A stretch of 64,000 nt of DNA from Candidatus Falkowbacteria bacterium (GCA_037134915.1 JBAXLJ010000003.1:11118-75117); one strand, 5' to 3'. Positions 7,238-17,442 are shown, numbered from the stretch's first letter. A program made the numbers and translations. The notes: a model not told the origin generated them from the sequence alone.

Positions 7238-9568
7238 TTATAAACCAAACTTGTAGACTGTATTAGCGGCTAAAATATAAACTGACTTAGTGGTCTCATC
7301 AATGGCGAAATCTTTTAAGTCATCCTTAACTAAACGATATTGCTTAATTAAAACACCATTCTTAGTTAAGCTAATTAGACGCTTATTGTTTAAATCTAAT
7401 AAATAAATATTGTTAGTCGTCATCAAGATTTTATCCGCTCTAATTTCTGGACTAAGCGCGGCTGTTTTATAATCCACTTTCTGCCCTTTATTAAATTTAA
7501 GCAAATCGCCGGCACTCTGACTTACTGTTACTTTTCCGTCAATTTTAAAATCGGAAGCCAAAGATAAGTCAGCGGGCGCTTTAAGCCAATTACTGCGATT
7601 TGAAAAACTACTTGAACCGGAATATCTGTAAATCTGATTATCACTCTTACTTAACAAATACAAGGCCCCATTATAGATCTGTGTCATATTGTCGCCCTGC
7701 AGTTTTTCGGGACCAATAGTTAAAGTAGCAACAGTTTCGCCATTTATTTTGACAATCTTTTGACCAGCCAAATAATAGATGATGGAATCACTAATGGCCG
7801 GGGAACTAAGCGTTACAGAATCATTAAGGGTTAACTGACTGCGGCTAGAATCTTTTAAATTGAAGTTATAAATTGACTTATGAACCCCGTCGCTAAGATA
7901 TAATTTGTCGTTTAGCAAAACCAAATTATCCGCCCCAGCTTGAGCATTCCAAGCGCTCGCACTAACAATTTCTTGAAAATTACTCACCTTGGTAATCTTT
8001 TGAATTTTATCACTTTCATCGGTAAGTTTTATTAGCAATTCAGCTTTTTGGGCAATTTGCTCCTTAGTTAGAGGTAAACTATTCTGTAAAGCATTAGTAG
8101 CCTCCATTAAGACGGCTTCAGCGGCGCTTTCATTATTATATAAGAGATAAGAGTCAATTTGCGCTTGTTTATTATTAATATCGGTGGCTATCTGATTAAA
8201 TTGTTCAACCGCTAAGCGAGTTTTCTTATTAAAAGAGGTAAAAATCAAAGAAACAATTAAAACTAAGAAGCAAACCAGAAGGGCGCCAACTAAAACTTTA
8301 TCTTTTTTACCAAGAGTTTTTAGCCAAGACCTTAAACCTTGATAAATGCCCACCCAAAAACGAGGCAAGAAAATAACGCTAAAAGCCTGCAGAACGCTAA
8401 ATATCTTAGGAAAAACATTATAACTCTTCTTCTTAAAAATTAATTTATCTTTAATTATAAAAGATTTCTGACTCACTAGATCAACTCTTTTGGTCTCTCT
8501 GGCTGGAGCTTGGGTGATAATGGTCTCGTCGGTTTCTTCATAAAATTTAACCACTTTTCGATTCTCGGGAATTTCTACTTTAAATTTAGAGGCCAGCTCA
8601 AGGGTCCATTTAGCAATTTTCTTTAAACTAATAATACCGGCCGGAGCCAACATTCTTTCAGTTTTCTGTTCGGTATAATTTAAATGAGAAATCGAACTAT
8701 GAGCATTGCGAGAAGCGCCTCTTGGCGACTGGCTCACTCCAGCTACTTGATGAGCTTCATTTTCTTCCAGGTTTTCATGAATTTCATTTAAACCAGTGCC
8801 CAAGGTGCTTTTTACAATTATGCCCAGAAATGGAGCAAAAGAATTTATTTTTTGTAGAAGATTTTTTATTTGCTCAGCGGCGACCATTGGCGGCAATTTA
8901 GTAATCACCCCAATTAGTTCTCGATTAGACAAATATTCTGGCAGAGCCTCGTTAGTAAATAAGAAATAAGAATGAGCCGGAATCTCACCGTTTATTACGG
9001 CCGAAAATATTTTAGAACTCGACGGTTCATGATTTTCTACTAATTGAACCGTATCTTCCTCGGTCACATTAGACTCAATATTTATCATATCGTAGTCACC
9101 CTGGCGCCTAAATATTAAAAAAGCTTTATTTTTTCCATAGCTAGAAAAATAAAGCTTATTTTCATAAACCACTCCCAAAGTTAGATTAGTGCTACTGGGA
9201 TTAATTTTCAAATGTTCCTCTTGTAAAAAATCCACCAGCCCCTGATTAACTCGAGCTAGAACCAATTCAAAAATATTTTCAATTTTAAGACCATCAACTT
9301 TATCGCGAAGCAATATTTTTTCATCTCCGTAATAATTATAATCAAAAATATTGACTAAAAAATTGATAATTTTCTGGGTCTCATTTTTTTTACCCTCAAT
9401 TTCAGCCAGAACGAAAATCTTGCCAGCAAGACGTTCTTTTTCGGCATCTGGCTGTGAGACAAAAACCTGCCCGGCATAGTTTAGGTTCTTACCGGAATTT
9501 AAAATAATAGAGGCTATTTTATTATACATACGTTGAAAAAAATCAAGCTGATTTTCCTGATTTTTCAA
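7238..9568 (-). CDS. Hypothetical single-pass membrane protein: cytoplasmic N-domain, TM helix, coiled-coil, extracytoplasmic beta-propeller-like repeats
   Basis: 776-aa ORF. One strong TM (VLVGALLVCFLVLIVSLIFTSF). The C-terminal half has recurring beta-strand blades (KLYLSDGVHKSIYNF, IIYYLAGQKIVKING, ALYLLSKSDNQIYRY, NIYLLDLNNKRLISL, SVYILAANTVYKF). No family recognised. Confidence 0.5.
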   Translation of the reverse strand: MKNQENQLDFFQRMYNKIASIILNSGKNLNYAGQVFVSQPDAEKERLAGKIFVLAEIEGKKNETQKIINFLVNIFDYNYYGDEKILLRDKVDGLKIENIFELVLARVNQGLVDFLQEEHLKINPSSTNLTLGVVYENKLYFSSYGKNKAFLIFRRQGDYDMINIESNVTEEDTVQLVENHEPSSSKIFSAVINGEIPAHSYFLFTNEALPEYLSNRELIGVITKLPPMVAAEQIKNLLQKINSFAPFLGIIVKSTLGTGLNEIHENLEENEAHQVAGVSQSPRGASRNAHSSISHLNYTEQKTERMLAPAGIISLKKIAKWTLELASKFKVEIPENRKVVKFYEETDETIITQAPARETKRVDLVSQKSFIIKDKLIFKKKSYNVFPKIFSVLQAFSVIFLPRFWVGIYQGLRSWLKTLGKKDKVLVGALLVCFLVLIVSLIFTSFNKKTRLAVEQFNQIATDINNKQAQIDSYLLYNNESAAEAVLMEATNALQNSLPLTKEQIAQKAELLIKLTDESDKIQKITKVSNFQEIVSASAWNAQAGADNLVLLNDKLYLSDGVHKSIYNFNLKDSSRSQLTLNDSVTLSSPAISDSIIYYLAGQKIVKINGETVATLTIGPEKLQGDNMTQIYNGALYLLSKSDNQIYRYSGSSSFSNRSNWLKAPADLSLASDFKIDGKVTVSQSAGDLLKFNKGQKVDYKTAALSPEIRADKILMTTNNIYLLDLNNKRLISLTKNGVLIKQYRLVKDDLKDFAIDETTKSVYILAANTVYKFGL

Positions 9569-9578
9569 TTTTTTTTGT

Positions 9579-9607
9579 TTGACTATTTGCTTTTTCTATT
9601 ATACTAT
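9579..9607 (+). promoter_or_regulatory. Putative promoter for the wHTH regulator / DUF4012 pair
   Basis: TTGACT (9579-9584), 17-nt spacer, TACTAT (9602-9607). Confidence 0.4.
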
Positions 9608-9629
9608 AAAGTCATAAATAGATAAAGCT

Positions 9630-10208
9630 ATGCTAAGCAAACTCTTTGGTTCCGAAGCCAGAGTTAAAATATTAAATATATTTTTAACCAAACCTGATGG
9701 CAATTATTACCTACGCCAACTGGCCAGAGATTTAGATCTTCAGGTTAATTCTGTCAGACGAGAACTTCTAAATTTAGAAACCCTCGGCCTAATTATTCAG
9801 ATAACCGGAGCTATCAAAGATAAAGAAAAAAAATATTATACTGTTAATCGTGACTTTCTCCTTTTCGATGAGATTAAGTCACTTTTTATAAAAGCCCAAA
9901 TGTTAAGCACTAAAGAATTTTCCGAGAATGTTCAAAAGATTTGCACGCCTAAATTACTGATACTGACCGGTTTCTTTACCGGAGAATCTGATTCTAAAAC
10001 CGACATCTTAATTGTCGGTAAAATTAATAAAGATAAATTGCTTAAATTAATCAGAGAACTGGAAAACTCCATTAACCGGGAAATAAATTATACCATCATG
10101 GACGAGAAAGAATTTATCTACCGCAAAGAAATCTTTGATGTTTTCTTGCACAAAATAATGGAAGGGAAGAAGCTGGTAATTAGCGATAGCCTGTCATCAC
10201 CTAAATAG
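9630..10208 (+). CDS. ArsR-like winged-helix transcriptional regulator with C-terminal nucleotidyltransferase-like fold
   Basis: 192 aa. N-terminal wHTH pattern (SEARVKILNIFLTKPDGNYYLRQLARDLDLQVNSVRRELLNLETLGLI). Confidence 0.6.
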   Translation: MLSKLFGSEARVKILNIFLTKPDGNYYLRQLARDLDLQVNSVRRELLNLETLGLIIQITGAIKDKEKKYYTVNRDFLLFDEIKSLFIKAQMLSTKEFSENVQKICTPKLLILTGFFTGESDSKTDILIVGKINKDKLLKLIRELENSINREINYTIMDEKEFIYRKEIFDVFLHKIMEGKKLVISDSLSSPK

Positions 10209-10210
10209 TT

Positions 10211-12061
10211 ATGTTAAAACCAACCCTTAAAACTGGCTGGCGCTTGTTAAAATATACTCTCGCTATTATAGTCGGTTTCTTTGTCTTAATCTTGATCCTT
10301 CTAAGTAATAAATTGACTGACTCCCAAAAATATTACAGCCAAATGGTTAGCGGTAAAACTAAGTTGGAAGCCGCTATTAACTCAGCCAAAACTCAAAAAT
10401 ATTCTCAGGCCCAGCAACAAGCTAGCGAAGCTACTTATCAATTTAATGCCGCTCTAAGTACCTTGTCCGACATTAGAAATAATAAAGTGGCTGCTTATTT
10501 TAGCCCAATTACAGCCTCGGTAAATGATTTAGAATATTTAACTCAAACCGCTGAAGTCCTGGGTAAATCTATAGAAAGATCAACAGCGGTGTTAGCTAAA
10601 TTAGACCAAATAAGTGGTGGTCGTTTTACTGGAACCTTTTCTGATTTGTCGACCGCAGACAGACAACAAATTTTAGCCACTATTTATGAGTCCGCTCCGG
10701 AACTAAATGGTTTAAAAGCGAACTTAGAATTATCTCTTGATAATTTAAATAAAATTCATCGAATTGGCATCCTCTTGCCAATTAACTCTCAACTGACAAA
10801 TATTAAGAATCAGCTAGCCACCGCCACCAATCTTTTGAATCAAGTAGTACCCTTAACACAACTACTACCTTCTTTATCTGGCTATCCTCAAGAAAGCCAA
10901 TTTTTAGTGTTACTGCAAAATAATGACGAGCTTCGGCCTACGGGCGGATTTATTGGTACCTATGGCCTAATGAATGTTAAAGACGGTAAAGCCGGAAGCA
11001 TTATAACTGAAGACGTTTATCATCTAGACATGCCCTGCATTGGTAAATTAACCCAGGTACCACCAGAACCCATAAAAAAATACATGAAAGTTGATTATTG
11101 GTGGTTGCGCGATGCTAATTTCTCGCCAGACTTTCCAACTTCGGCCAAACAAGTGGAGGCAATGTTTATGGCTGAGAGTGCCTGTGCTCTAAAACCAACT
11201 GCTAAACCAACCGCTATTATTGCCATTAATCCCGATTTAATCGTTGATTTATTAGGGCTAGTCGGACCGATCACTATTGATGGCACCACTTATGATCGTA
11301 ATAATTTTCAACCCCTGCTTCAATATAATGTCGAGGTCGGTTATGTTGATAAAAATATCACTTCTTGGAATCGAAAAGATATTATAAATTCCGTCGTCTC
11401 TGAACTCGAAAAACGTTTAATGTCGCTGCCGACTAAACGTTGGCCGGAAATCTTAAATGTCATCCAAGAAAATATCGCTAAAAGAAATTTACAAATTTAT
11501 TTTGATAATAACGAACAAGAAGGTGTTGCTCGCAGCCTTAATCTAACCGGAGAGATTAAAAATTCAAACAATGATTACTTAATGGTCGTTGACGCTAATT
11601 TAGCGGCTTTTAAGAGTGATTCCGTGATGAGAAAGAATATTACTTATAAGTTAAGCCAGGATAATAGTCCAACCAGAATTACGGCCGAGGTTAAGCTAAG
11701 CTACAGCCACGAGGGGGGATTTGATTGGCGCACCACGCGTTATCGAAGTTATACGAGAATCTACGCTCCTTTAGGCAGTAAACTACTAGATAGCGGCGAT
11801 CTAGAGGATTTCTCAGCAACCGACGACACCGCGCTTAATAAAACTGTCTTTGGATTTTTTTGGACCATTGAACCGGGACAAACAAAAACCGCTTCAGTTA
11901 AATATTCTTTACCAGAATATATAAAAACTGATAACTATAATTTATATTTTCAGAAGCAATCCGGTAGCCGTTTAAATAATTTCCAATTAGACAAAGCTTT
12001 CAAACCCAAAAACACCAACATCTGGTCCGGAACCTTGGATCGAGATAAAATCTTCAACTAA
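10211..12061 (+). CDS. DUF4012 domain-containing membrane-anchored protein
   Basis: 616 aa. N-terminal TM. The hallmark LLQNNDELRPTGGFIGTYG motif of DUF4012. Start lies 2 nt after the regulator's stop. Confidence 0.75.
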   Translation: MLKPTLKTGWRLLKYTLAIIVGFFVLILILLSNKLTDSQKYYSQMVSGKTKLEAAINSAKTQKYSQAQQQASEATYQFNAALSTLSDIRNNKVAAYFSPITASVNDLEYLTQTAEVLGKSIERSTAVLAKLDQISGGRFTGTFSDLSTADRQQILATIYESAPELNGLKANLELSLDNLNKIHRIGILLPINSQLTNIKNQLATATNLLNQVVPLTQLLPSLSGYPQESQFLVLLQNNDELRPTGGFIGTYGLMNVKDGKAGSIITEDVYHLDMPCIGKLTQVPPEPIKKYMKVDYWWLRDANFSPDFPTSAKQVEAMFMAESACALKPTAKPTAIIAINPDLIVDLLGLVGPITIDGTTYDRNNFQPLLQYNVEVGYVDKNITSWNRKDIINSVVSELEKRLMSLPTKRWPEILNVIQENIAKRNLQIYFDNNEQEGVARSLNLTGEIKNSNNDYLMVVDANLAAFKSDSVMRKNITYKLSQDNSPTRITAEVKLSYSHEGGFDWRTTRYRSYTRIYAPLGSKLLDSGDLEDFSATDDTALNKTVFGFFWTIEPGQTKTASVKYSLPEYIKTDNYNLYFQKQSGSRLNNFQLDKAFKPKNTNIWSGTLDRDKIFN

Positions 12062-12074
12062 AAAAATACAAAAA

Positions 12075-12102
12075 AAACTCCACTAAAGTAGTGGAGTTTT
12101 TT
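12075..12102. terminator. Bidirectional terminator
   Basis: A-run, ctccac (12078-12083) pairs with gtggag (12091-12096), T-run 12097-12102. Lies between convergent genes. Confidence 0.75.
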
Positions 12103-12120
12103 AAATAGGTAGTTATCTAA

Positions 12121-13428
12121 TTATTTTACAATACTGAAGCTAATACTATAAGTTAAACCGGAGTTTAAACCATCAACTCTGGCGTCAACCGCCTTAGTTT
12201 TAGTATCTGGAATGCTAGGCACAAACAAAGTTTGTTTGAAACGGCCATTTGCGTCAGCTACGATATTAGTAATAGAACCGCCAAAATTTATCTTTAAAGG
12301 TTCACCTGGTAAATAGCCGGCTCCAGATAAAATAACACTGGCACCGGGAGTTGCTAAATAATGATCAAAGGCTAAAGCTAAAGACTCTTTAACTTCTGGT
12401 TGATCAGGGATTTCTGAAGCCTGGATGCTAGCAATCTTCTTTAAAGAAGAATTTAACACGGCCACGCCACCGCCATTCCAAACCACCAATCTCTCGCCGT
12501 TATCAGTATTTACATATTTAATATCCAAAGCGTAACCATTTTTAGTTAAACTGGAAGCGGAAATTTTAAGACCGCTACGCAAATTATCCTTAGCTAACTT
12601 CATCACGCTATCACCATTTACGGCATAGATATAGTTGTTATCGCCGGTTGGCTCAACAGCATAACCGTTAGTCGAGCTATTTGGGTAACTAATTAGCAAG
12701 TCTCCATTTAAATCAAAATTCTTCAAATAATAATCATCAAAAACGTATAATTCTTTAGTGATTGGGTCAAAATAAGTTTTTCTTAAACTCTTGCTATCAC
12801 GATAATTAACCGGAAAAGAAGACAAGATGCTTCTAGTTCTAGTATCAAAGATTCTAACTTGATTATCTTGATTAACCGAAATAATATAACGGCCGGAAGC
12901 ATCAAAACGTACCGCGGTGGAGATATCACTGCTGATATTAAAAGAATCAACCACATCTAAGGTATTAGTGTCGACTTTCCAAAGCTTAACACTCTTGTCA
13001 CTTACTGTGGCCATATAAGGTCCAAATTTATCCACCCGGTTATACCATTCGTAGTAAGTGTTTTTCTGCTTCGCAAATAAAACTGGGTGACTTAAATTAC
13101 TTAAATCATACTTATACAAGGTGTAGCCAGAAGTTGCGTAGGCAAATAAACGATTACCTTCTACATTAAGTTTTACGGCTGAAAAATCTTCAGTGTGATC
13201 CAGTGGGGAATTAGGAGCCTTGAATTTCAAAACTCTAAATAAGCTGGAGCCGTTTAGCTTAAAAACCTCCAGGCTACCACTGTTAGTTGAAGCGATGATT
13301 AAATCATTATTATAAGAGACGGCGTCGCCGGAATAATAAGATTTGTAATTAGTGCGACCGATAGTAGTAATAGCTAGAACAGCCATCACGCAAATAACCA
13401 CCAGTCCCATGATTTTTTTCATATTCAT
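12121..13428 (-). CDS. Secreted beta-propeller-like (WD40/YVTN-like) protein with C-terminal Ig-like domain
   Basis: 435 aa. Signal/anchor (MGLVVICVMAVLAITTIG). Repeated blade-like segments (NRLFAYATSGYTLYKYDL, SVKLWKVDT, RYIISVNQDNQVRIFD, NYIYAVNGDSVMKL). Confidence 0.45.
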   Translation of the reverse strand: MNMKKIMGLVVICVMAVLAITTIGRTNYKSYYSGDAVSYNNDLIIASTNSGSLEVFKLNGSSLFRVLKFKAPNSPLDHTEDFSAVKLNVEGNRLFAYATSGYTLYKYDLSNLSHPVLFAKQKNTYYEWYNRVDKFGPYMATVSDKSVKLWKVDTNTLDVVDSFNISSDISTAVRFDASGRYIISVNQDNQVRIFDTRTRSILSSFPVNYRDSKSLRKTYFDPITKELYVFDDYYLKNFDLNGDLLISYPNSSTNGYAVEPTGDNNYIYAVNGDSVMKLAKDNLRSGLKISASSLTKNGYALDIKYVNTDNGERLVVWNGGGVAVLNSSLKKIASIQASEIPDQPEVKESLALAFDHYLATPGASVILSGAGYLPGEPLKINFGGSITNIVADANGRFKQTLFVPSIPDTKTKAVDARVDGLNSGLTYSISFSIVK

Positions 13429-13470
13429 ACACGTTTTACTTTTAGATTTTTTATTTTTAGTTTACCTTTT

Positions 13471-13499
13471 AGTTTACACTTTTTATTTGATTATGTCAA
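13471..13499 (-). promoter_or_regulatory. Putative promoter for the 12121-13428 gene
   Basis: Minus-sense TTGACA (13499-13494), 17-nt spacer, TAAACT (13476-13471). Confidence 0.45.
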
Positions 13500-13542
13500 T
13501 ACTATAATCAAAATTCCTCAAAAATAGGCTTAGCCTGAGTTA

Positions 13543-13571
13543 TTGACAATAATTAATATATTAGTTATAAT
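13543..13571 (+). promoter_or_regulatory. Sigma70-type promoter for the 13612 gene
   Basis: TTGACA (13543-13548), 17-nt spacer, TATAAT (13566-13571). Confidence 0.65.
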
Positions 13572-13611
13572 ATAAAGTCTAAGATCTTTAACAATCAAAA
13601 ACCAAAATATC

Positions 13612-14691
13612 ATGAAAAAACTAATTTTTCTCGCTTTTTTAGCGATTATTAGCTCTTCTTTAGCGGCTCAGCTAAGCGCCGTTCATCACTATCTACCAGT
13701 TTTATCAGCTGAACAGGCCCGGTCTTATAAGGGGTATGATTTTATTATCCCCGACCATGAAGTAATTTTCAATTCGCCAGAAAACCTAAAACTGATGCGA
13801 AAAGACAATCCGGGTTTACAAATCTTGGTCTATGCCAACAAAATTGAATGGCACGAGCCAATGTTCAGCGACAAACCCTGGAGCCTTAAAATGGTGGCTG
13901 AACTTCAAAAATACCCTAAATGGTTTCTTCGAGACCTCTTAGGTTATAAATTAGAATTTTGGCCAGGGACCGTGCTCATGAACTGCCGCCTTGATTGTCC
14001 GCGATATATAATCAACGGTAAAAGTTATTCTTACATTGAATACTTTACTGAAAATTATATTAAGGAAGTAATCGGCGCCTACCGGAAAGCTGGCATTCGT
14101 CTCGATGGTCTGCTAGATGATGAGCTGCTAAAATCAATTAGTTTCATCACTCATTACGGCAAAAACCGTAATAATGTCGATGGCGATGGTGACGGCTTAA
14201 ATGATGACCCTAACGAATTTAATCGTCAGTGGCGACTTGGTAATGCCTATTTTCTAAATAAAGTACGCGAAGCTATGGGACCGGATTTTGTTATCATCGG
14301 TAACGGCGGTCACGGTTATTATCTAGATTACTGCAACGGGAAGATGTTTGAATACTTTCCGGAGGTTTATCTAAATGAAACAGATCAACTAACTGAGGCC
14401 TGGCCAGAAAACATGAACCATGCGGCCGGAATGGAAATCGCTATCTTTAACGCCCGAGCCAACGCTTACGGCAAAAAGGATAACTGGTTATTTACCTTGT
14501 GTTCAGCAATGATGCTGGATCAAGTTATTTTTTCTCATGGACAAAATATGCCCTATGATGAGAAATATAATTTACATTTAGGTAAAGCCCTCGGGAATCA
14601 TTACCAGGTCGGTAATGTTGTCAGCCGAAAATTCGCCAAAGGAATAGTTCATGTCGATCCAGTCGCCAAAAAGGCCTGGATTGAAAGATAA
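13612..14691 (+). CDS. Secreted glycoside-hydrolase-like TIM-barrel protein (GHL15/GH114-like); paralog of the N-domain of 32263-34260
   Basis: 359 aa. Signal peptide (LAFLAIISSSLAA). Colinear similarity to the 665-aa protein: NPGLQILVYANK vs NPRVKIIAYISS, WFLRDLLGYKLEFWP vs WWLRDESGNRLSDWP, VIIGNGGHGYYLDYCNGKMFEYFP vs IIVANGSFIWDYQNYLNGWMLEDFP. DGDGDGLNDD insert. The family name is my recollection, not a search result. Confidence 0.5.
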   Translation: MKKLIFLAFLAIISSSLAAQLSAVHHYLPVLSAEQARSYKGYDFIIPDHEVIFNSPENLKLMRKDNPGLQILVYANKIEWHEPMFSDKPWSLKMVAELQKYPKWFLRDLLGYKLEFWPGTVLMNCRLDCPRYIINGKSYSYIEYFTENYIKEVIGAYRKAGIRLDGLLDDELLKSISFITHYGKNRNNVDGDGDGLNDDPNEFNRQWRLGNAYFLNKVREAMGPDFVIIGNGGHGYYLDYCNGKMFEYFPEVYLNETDQLTEAWPENMNHAAGMEIAIFNARANAYGKKDNWLFTLCSAMMLDQVIFSHGQNMPYDEKYNLHLGKALGNHYQVGNVVSRKFAKGIVHVDPVAKKAWIER

Positions 14692-14706
14692 AAAAGGGGA
14701 GCAGCT

Positions 14707-16083
14707 TTATTTAAGCGGCTCCTTTTTAATTTTATGAATTGAGATTATCATCAGTAGACTGCCCGAGAGCGACCAAAAGATCCACTGCATCACCGCATCC
14801 TTTAAAATATTATCAGTGGCACTCGCCGCCAGTAAGCTAATGGTGAAAAAAAATAAAAACAAAATTAACATTTTAAGGCGTGGTCTAGCTTCTAGTTTAA
14901 AGCCCAGCCACATATTTTTTAAATAAGCCATAAATATCCACACAAAAGCCAGTAGGGCAAAGATGCCTGATTCCAGCCATACTCTCAAGTAATCATTATG
15001 GGGCTCCGTCTCCACTAAAAAGCGAGGAATATTATTTTGAATAAAAATAGAAGCGGTGCCAGGACCATAACCAAACCAAGGACTCGCTTTAATAAAAGAC
15101 CAAATATCGCGCCACAAATCTAAGCGCCAAGTTGAAGAATCGGAAGCACCTAGAGTCATCAAAGTAGAAACTCGATCCTGAAAAAAAGGCGCAAATAAAT
15201 ACAAAACAGCGGCCGCTAAAATTGAAATAAATAATAATTTTCGAAAACGATAGATACCAATACCAAAAAGAATTAAAGCTAAAGCGAGCCAAGCCGCCCG
15301 AGTATAAGTAAAGAGTAAGGCCACTACAAAAAAGATGGCTAAAAGAGCGTAGGGAATTTTTTCAATCACCCCCTTTTTTAAATTTAAAGACACAAATAAA
15401 CTTAAACAAATAACCAAAACTAAATAAAAAGCCAACATATTAGGATGAACAAAGGTGCCCATCAGTCGCCACCTGTCACCGTCAAAAAAACCACCCCGAG
15501 TCAGCAACTGGTACCAGGCGACACTGGCGGGAATAATGGCCGAAAATATTATGGTTTTGATTAAGAAAGTTAATTTTTTAGGCGTGTCATAAATTAAATA
15601 ACCAAAAACAAAAGCTGAGAAAAAACTCAGCAAACGAAAAAAATCAACCGCACTCGCTGATTTACTAAAAGAAAAGAAAGATAGAACAGCTAAAATGCCT
15701 AAAAATGAAAGCCAAGGGAATCGCAATGGTAAATTTTTTAATTTAGACCACTTTAATATAACCGCTAAAACAGCTAGACCGATTAACATCATGCCCAAGA
15801 CAAAAGTGAAGTCTATGGAAATTCCGGAAATATTTATTAGTTCCTGGGTTCCTAAAGAATCAAAAGTCGTTCGAAGCACCAGTAAAGCCAAAAAACCAAT
15901 TTTTAAATCAAACAAGGAGTAAACAAAAATAGCCAAAGCAACCAATAAGAAAATTAAGCCTAAACTGCTACCTGGCCAAATAAAAGACAAGATAATCGAA
16001 AAAAGGGAATAAAGACCGAGGGCTAAGAAAATCAGTTTTAAGCGGCCCGCTGCAGCTTCTTTATTAGGTTTACTTTCTGTCAT
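14707..16083 (-). CDS. O-antigen ligase / Wzy-like polytopic membrane protein
   Basis: 458 aa with about 10-12 TM helices. Wzy_C-like segment (YTRAAWLALALILFGIGIY) and a large loop with HNDYL. Confidence 0.7.
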   Translation of the reverse strand: MTESKPNKEAAAGRLKLIFLALGLYSLFSIILSFIWPGSSLGLIFLLVALAIFVYSLFDLKIGFLALLVLRTTFDSLGTQELINISGISIDFTFVLGMMLIGLAVLAVILKWSKLKNLPLRFPWLSFLGILAVLSFFSFSKSASAVDFFRLLSFFSAFVFGYLIYDTPKKLTFLIKTIIFSAIIPASVAWYQLLTRGGFFDGDRWRLMGTFVHPNMLAFYLVLVICLSLFVSLNLKKGVIEKIPYALLAIFFVVALLFTYTRAAWLALALILFGIGIYRFRKLLFISILAAAVLYLFAPFFQDRVSTLMTLGASDSSTWRLDLWRDIWSFIKASPWFGYGPGTASIFIQNNIPRFLVETEPHNDYLRVWLESGIFALLAFVWIFMAYLKNMWLGFKLEARPRLKMLILFLFFFTISLLAASATDNILKDAVMQWIFWSLSGSLLMIISIHKIKKEPLK

Positions 16084-16130
16084 AAAAAATGATATTATTT
16101 ATATATAAATATTAAGGAAAATTGTCGTTT

Positions 16131-17345
16131 ATGTCAAAGTTAAAAATAATCCAAGTTAATAAATTTTTTTATGCCAAGGGCGGAGCAGACAAATATTTCT
16201 TAACTCTAATTGATAAATTATCAGAATTAGATATTGAAGTCGTCCCCTTTGCGATGGCTGACCCCCGAAACATCGACTCTTCTTGGAATCGGTATTTTTC
16301 GGAAAACATTGATTACCACCAGCCAAAAAATGTTTGGAAAATGGCTTTACGTTTAATTTGGAACCGGGAAGCAGCTAAAAAATTTGGTCAGCTTTTGGAC
16401 GAAACTAAACCCGATTTAGTTCACGCTCATAATATTTATCATCAACTATCGCCAGCGATTCTGCTGGAAGCTAAAAAAAGAAAAATTCCTGTTATCATGA
16501 CGCTTCATGATTATAAACTGATTTGTCCTAATTATTTAATGTTCTCCCATGGCAAACCTTGTAATAAGTGTTTAAAAGGTAATTACCTACACTGCTTAAC
16601 TAGCAACTGCTATAATTCTTATCCGCGTAGCGCTTTAGCGGTGCTAGAAACTTATTTACATAATAAAGTTTGGCATACCTATCAAAATAACGTAGATCTT
16701 TTTATTTCTCCCAGTGAGTATTTAAAACAAATGATGATAAGTGCTGGTTGGCCGGCGGATAAGATTAGAGTATTAATTAATCCGGCGCCCACTTACAAAG
16801 AAACCAGTGATGGTCAAAATTTATTATATTTTGGCCGCTTAGCTGTCGAAAAAGGAGTAGATGTTCTACTGCGCGCTCTAAAGCTAACCAACGAAAAATT
16901 AGATATCGTTGGCACTGGACCCGAAGAAACAAACTTAAAATTACTCACTAAAGAATTAGGCTTAGCGGATCGAGTGGCTTTTCACGGAAATCAAGCCGGG
17001 GAGAATTTGGAAGAATTTAAACGAATAGCAAAGGCAGTAATCTTACCTTCGGTTTGGGCGGAAAATATGTCTTTAGTTTTACTAGAATCTTTAGCTTACG
17101 GAAAATTAATTATTGCTAGCGCTAGTGGCGGCACCCCTGAGCTAATTAAAGATGGGGAAACCGGCTGGCTATTTTCTCCAGGTAATTTCCAAGAACTAGC
17201 TCAAAAGATCAAAGAATTAAACCAGTTAAGCCCAGAAAAAAGAAAAATAATGACTGGTTTAATAAAAGATAAAATAGTGCCCCTGGAGCTAAAAAACCAC
17301 CTAAATAGTCTTATAGACATTTACAAACAAGTAAAAAATCGCTAA
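16131..17345 (+). CDS. Glycosyltransferase family 4 (GT-B)
   Basis: The ATG at 16131 (MSKLKIIQVNKFF) is preferred over the TTG at 16122. GT4 C-terminal motifs (FGRLAVEKGVDVLL, PSVWAENMSLVLLESLAYGKLIIASASGGTPELIKDGETGWLF). Confidence 0.85.
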   Translation: MSKLKIIQVNKFFYAKGGADKYFLTLIDKLSELDIEVVPFAMADPRNIDSSWNRYFSENIDYHQPKNVWKMALRLIWNREAAKKFGQLLDETKPDLVHAHNIYHQLSPAILLEAKKRKIPVIMTLHDYKLICPNYLMFSHGKPCNKCLKGNYLHCLTSNCYNSYPRSALAVLETYLHNKVWHTYQNNVDLFISPSEYLKQMMISAGWPADKIRVLINPAPTYKETSDGQNLLYFGRLAVEKGVDVLLRALKLTNEKLDIVGTGPEETNLKLLTKELGLADRVAFHGNQAGENLEEFKRIAKAVILPSVWAENMSLVLLESLAYGKLIIASASGGTPELIKDGETGWLFSPGNFQELAQKIKELNQLSPEKRKIMTGLIKDKIVPLELKNHLNSLIDIYKQVKNR

Positions 17346-17380
17346 TTAAAGCGATTTTTTGTTTAAAAGCCGGCCTACCA

Positions 17381-17409
17381 TTGACAATTTTTAATTAATG
17401 TATTATAAT
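17381..17409 (+). promoter_or_regulatory. Promoter P1 upstream of the Wzz-like gene
   Basis: TTGACA (17381-17386), 17-nt spacer, TATAAT (17404-17409). Confidence 0.6.
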
Positions 17410-17442
17410 AGAGTTATTACTAAGTCAGACCCGATAAATATA

